Below, piece by piece: positions 60,605 to 64,000 of a DNA stretch of 64,000 nucleotides (its first letter is position 1; each line of letters starts with the position of its first letter). Both the position numbers and the translations under genes were made by a program. The notes under the pieces are model-generated. The model did not search any database. It saw only the letters and a list, made by a program, of their open reading frames with translations, and was not told the DNA's origin. The stretch spans positions 96,001 to 160,000 of the forward strand of contig JBHLMN010000013.1 in NCBI GenBank assembly GCA_048938105.1, written 5' to 3'. The stretch is from Promethearchaeota archaeon. GTDB taxonomy: Archaea; Asgardarchaeota; Heimdallarchaeia; Hodarchaeales; Hodarchaeaceae.

Positions 60605-61381
60605 TTAAACATTAATTCTAACACCATTCTGCCATAATTTTTCAAGAATTTTCTCTGATTTTGAATCAACTTGATTCAATCCAACATCTAAAAGCTGGAG
60701 ATTAACCAGATCTAAGAGCTCTAACGGAAGAGTATTTATTTGGTTATCACGTAGAATAAGCTCTTCAAGATTTGTAAGGTTAGCAATTGTCTTGGGAAGA
60801 GAACCTATACTGTTAGATTTTAAAAACAGTACACGCAATGATTTAAGTTTTCCTAATGAATCTGGCAATGAACTTAATTGATTATGATATAAATCGAGAA
60901 ACCAAAGATTCTTAAGTGAACCAATAGAAGCTGGAAGACTTCTTAATTGATTGTCTCTTAAGCTTAGTTTTTCCAAATTAAAAAGACTATCAATATGTTT
61001 TGGGAAGTCAGTTATCATATTATCAGAGGCATTGAGTTCGACTAACTTTGTTAGCCCTCTTAAAGCGGGGAGAACTCTCAATTTATTATGTTCGAGATCT
61101 AAAATTCTTAGATTTCTTAAGTTGCTTAGCGTCTTAGGAAGCGATGATATATAATTATAGCTTAAAATAAGTGTTTCAAGATGATTCAAGTTTCCTAGGC
61201 TATCTGGTAACGATATTAATCGATTAATATCTATTTTTAATGTTTTTAAGTTCGAAAAATCCTCTATAGTATTAGGTATTGACTCCAATTCATTATTGCT
61301 TAAAATCAAATGTTCTAGAGTCTCACATTGCAGAATTTTCGGGAATTTCCTTAATTGTTTTCCAGATAAATTTAACTCCAA
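60605..61381 (-). CDS. leucine-rich repeat protein
   Basis: About ten LxxLxLxxNxLxxLP repeats; start uncertain. Confidence 0.9.
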   Translation of the reverse strand: MELNLSGKQLRKFPKILQCETLEHLILSNNELESIPNTIEDFSNLKTLKIDINRLISLPDSLGNLNHLETLILSYNYISSLPKTLSNLRNLRILDLEHNKLRVLPALRGLTKLVELNASDNMITDFPKHIDSLFNLEKLSLRDNQLRSLPASIGSLKNLWFLDLYHNQLSSLPDSLGKLKSLRVLFLKSNSIGSLPKTIANLTNLEELILRDNQINTLPLELLDLVNLQLLDVGLNQVDSKSEKILEKLWQNGVRINV

Positions 61382-61659
61382 TTTTACACAAGTTCCATTT
61401 TCTTCTGAGATTAGGAGATAGCTATATACTCACCATTAAAGTAACAGGTCAGCGGAATGTTTTCATACCGTTCCTTTCAAAATAGGCCTTTACTAACAAA
61501 TATAGCTTTTGATAGCTTTTTGTTATTAGCACCTATCCGTTTAAAAGAACTTGAACAGAGGCCCCGTCCATATGCTTACCTTGTCCAACCTAAAATACAG
61601 GATAACGATCAAATTTCTTTTGAAACAACTCCTTAAACCTCAGCTTCTTACTATAGGAC

Positions 61660-63050
61660 TCCCAATGAAACCCGTGAATTCATTCAGGGGAGGAATTGGG
61701 GAAGGAGAAAAGATTATTTGCAGTATTATACCACCACATATAATAATATATAATATTACAAATGAAATAATTGTTAAATACTTATACATTTTGTTATAAA
61801 GCAAAAATACTTTGATCTTACTCTCATCTAAGCTTAAATATTTGGAGAACCCCAGTCTAGGTGTCATGCGGCGAACTATCCAATGTCCACTACCTGCTGA
61901 AAATGAGCTATTAGAAACGATAAAAACCTATAACAAAGCAGTTCAGCATGTTATTGATAGAGGATGGTCAAGAAGGACTTTCAACAAAAATACCCTCCAC
62001 TTTGAAACGTATAAAGCTGTTCGTAAAAGATATCCTTGTCTACAGTCATCACTTGTCCAGTGCGCTCGCGATATGGCAGCTGACATACTTAAGCGTGAAA
62101 AATTCAACCATAACCGACCTATTAAAAAGGTATTAAGTGGGATTCGATATAATCAACGCACATTCACCCCCTTCTTAGAAACAGGGGTGATTTCTATTAG
62201 CACAATCGCTGGTCGAAAAAGATATCCGTTTATAATCCCTGAATATTTCCAGCAGTACCTTGTTTTTGGGAGGATCAGCTCACTAACACTCTATTATAAC
62301 AAAAAAAGGAAGAAAATCATCGCGTATTTGACAATGGAGTTACCAGATATTCCTGTGGAAGAACCTTCTTCCTTTCTAGGAGTAGACCGGGGTATTAAAC
62401 GGATAGCCGTTTGTTCCAATAATATGTTCTATCCCACTAATCATATACTAGCTGTGAAGTGGAAGTATCAACAATTACGAAAACGCCTTCAGTCAAAAGG
62501 CACTCGATCCGCCAAGCGTAAATTACGGTTGGTTAGTGGTCGAGAGAGACGGTTTATGACTGATGAAAATCGTAATCTAGCTAAATGGATCTGTAATATG
62601 CCTAATAATTGTATTGTATTAGAAAACATTCGTGGGTTGAAACAACATAGCAAAAAGGAGAACAAAGCATCTAAAAAACTTCGTCGGAAATTTAGTAATT
62701 GGTCTTATTACCAACTCGAACAATTTATCATTGAACGTGCTGAAAAGGTTGGAAAGACGGTTTTATTTGTCAATCCTCGGTATACTTCGCAGAGGTGTTC
62801 GTGTTGTGGTTATATTTCCTCTCATAATCGTTGTTTTCAATCGTCCTTTGTGTGTGGTAACTGTTCTCTCCAATTGAATGCTGACCTTAATGCTGCCCGT
62901 AACCTATCTGATTTTGGCATGTCCGAGATCAGGAGGGCTTCTGTCAATAGCCCTAATGTAGCGGTCCTTCCCATGACCATAGGAATTTCCTCGTTGAGTC
63001 GTGGGACGGTTCTAGCTACAAGCCATTGAATTCATTCAGTGGTAATTGAC
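61660..63050 (+). mobile_element. IS200/IS605-family (IS1341-like) tnpB-only element
   Basis: Matching subterminal hairpins CCCGTGAA-TTCA-TTCAGGGG (61671-61690) and CCATTGAA-TTCA-TTCAGTGG (63023-63042); right end TTGAC; left boundary approximate. Confidence 0.75.
61866..63029 (+). CDS. tnpB: RNA-guided endonuclease TnpB (canonical RuvC, Zn finger)
   Basis: GVDRG, VLENI, YTSQRCSCCG...CGNC, NADLNAA; start ATG 61866 (MRRTIQ). Confidence 0.92.
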   Translation: MRRTIQCPLPAENELLETIKTYNKAVQHVIDRGWSRRTFNKNTLHFETYKAVRKRYPCLQSSLVQCARDMAADILKREKFNHNRPIKKVLSGIRYNQRTFTPFLETGVISISTIAGRKRYPFIIPEYFQQYLVFGRISSLTLYYNKKRKKIIAYLTMELPDIPVEEPSSFLGVDRGIKRIAVCSNNMFYPTNHILAVKWKYQQLRKRLQSKGTRSAKRKLRLVSGRERRFMTDENRNLAKWICNMPNNCIVLENIRGLKQHSKKENKASKKLRRKFSNWSYYQLEQFIIERAEKVGKTVLFVNPRYTSQRCSCCGYISSHNRCFQSSFVCGNCSLQLNADLNAARNLSDFGMSEIRRASVNSPNVAVLPMTIGISSLSRGTVLATSH

Positions 63051-63088
63051 TTGTGATAAAGCTTAAGAAATAAATATGTCAAAAGGAC

Positions 63089-64000
63089 ATGAAGATGAGG
63101 TACAAAAGACTTTTTTCAATCAGTTTGATAATATTAACTTTTTCTATAATTATTACTTTAGTTCATTGCACTAATCTTGAAAAAATATCGAAGGAAGGAT
63201 CGTTAACCCTCCATAGTGTGGAAATTGATGGGGAACCCCAACAGTATTACCTCTATCTTCCTTCTCAAGAACCAATTGGAGTTATTCTTGTTATTCCTCC
63301 TTTGGGTGGTAATCATGAGACCTACTTAATTGGTGCTAATTGGGGATCTTCTGAAGGGAATATGACAGAGTCTCCGCTTGTACGAACTGCAAAAATATAT
63401 AATTTAGCATTAATATTTACTGAAGGTTCGAGTAATGGGTGGTATGCTCCTGATGATGGTGAGAAGAAGGTATTGAGGTGTATGGAGGACGCAAATAACA
63501 CTTTCCTTAAATTAAATAGGAAAAAGTGGTTTATTTACGGTTTTAGTATGGGAGGTGCAGGAACAATAACTATCACAGTACGCCACCCGAATTTGTTTAG
63601 TGGTTTATTCTCTGGAGGGGGATTACCTGACCTCACAAATGATATGTGGATAGCTCATTATAGCAGATGGTGGCCATGCGAAGAATTAATACAAACTGCT
63701 TCTCCCCAACAACACCTAGAAGTATTTTACAACAGAACAATCTTTTTAGCTTGTGGTACAGCTGATCCCATTTTTGTTAATTACGATAATTTTTCACAGA
63801 TTCTTGATACTCATGGGATTAGGCACTATTATTATAGAGGTAACGAGGGACATACAAATCAAATATTGCTTGAAACTATGAATCAAACATTCAACATGTT
63901 TTCTCACCATTTATTTGGCACTCTCGATACATTCTTTGAGGACTATACATCCCCTTTGACCCCCATTACCATTTCTAAGTCAACACAATGGAGTGATAAT
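63089..64000 (+). CDS. secreted esterase (alpha/beta hydrolase), truncated by the window end
   Basis: Signal-like N-terminus MKMRYKRLFSISLIILTFSIIITLV; GFSMGG nucleophile elbow; GTADP; EGH. Confidence 0.8.
   Translation, partial: MKMRYKRLFSISLIILTFSIIITLVHCTNLEKISKEGSLTLHSVEIDGEPQQYYLYLPSQEPIGVILVIPPLGGNHETYLIGANWGSSEGNMTESPLVRTAKIYNLALIFTEGSSNGWYAPDDGEKKVLRCMEDANNTFLKLNRKKWFIYGFSMGGAGTITITVRHPNLFSGLFSGGGLPDLTNDMWIAHYSRWWPCEELIQTASPQQHLEVFYNRTIFLACGTADPIFVNYDNFSQILDTHGIRHYYYRGNEGHTNQILLETMNQTFNMFSHHLFGTLDTFFEDYTSPLTPITISKSTQWSDN

Noticed and set aside
81-62136. Many short ORFs in the track that overlap longer genes (e.g. 136-366, 24580-24894, 56157-56657)
   Set aside because: Antisense or alternate-frame shadows of well-supported CDSs
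61812-63100. Cas12f with a CRISPR array
   Set aside because: No repeat-spacer array anywhere in the window; IS-type end hairpins are present instead

Overview
AT-rich archaeal chromosomal segment, most likely Asgard (Heimdallarchaeia-like). This is inferred from a longin-like protein, TPR, LRR and Zn-ribbon proteins, an archaeal/eukaryal-type TrpRS, archaemetzincin and BRE/TATA promoters. Main result: a creatininase-family gene is split into codons 1-20 (6163-6222) and the remainder (14635-15324) by an 8,412-bp element. The element is bounded by a duplicated core TAACCAGG(A/G)TTAT inside dif-like (TTATAA-N6-TTAT) sites and has no recognisable integrase. Its cargo is defence-type: two PD-(D/E)xK nucleases, DUF4145, an NDT/TIR-like protein, a TIR protein and several membrane proteins. 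Other highlights: a chlI/chlD-type chelatase gene with a -1 slippery site; a ~320-nt GC-rich candidate structured RNA; a candidate sugar-acid catabolic operon; a 187-bp partial gene duplication with alternative 3' ends; a tandem SagB/di-haem cytochrome b fusion; a GDT1 transporter with a 4-Cys loop; an SLC44/CTL-like protein; two tnpB elements (one with a rearranged RuvC) plus a tnpB relic. No rRNA, complete tRNA or CRISPR array was found. All family calls are by eye from motifs, with no database searches.
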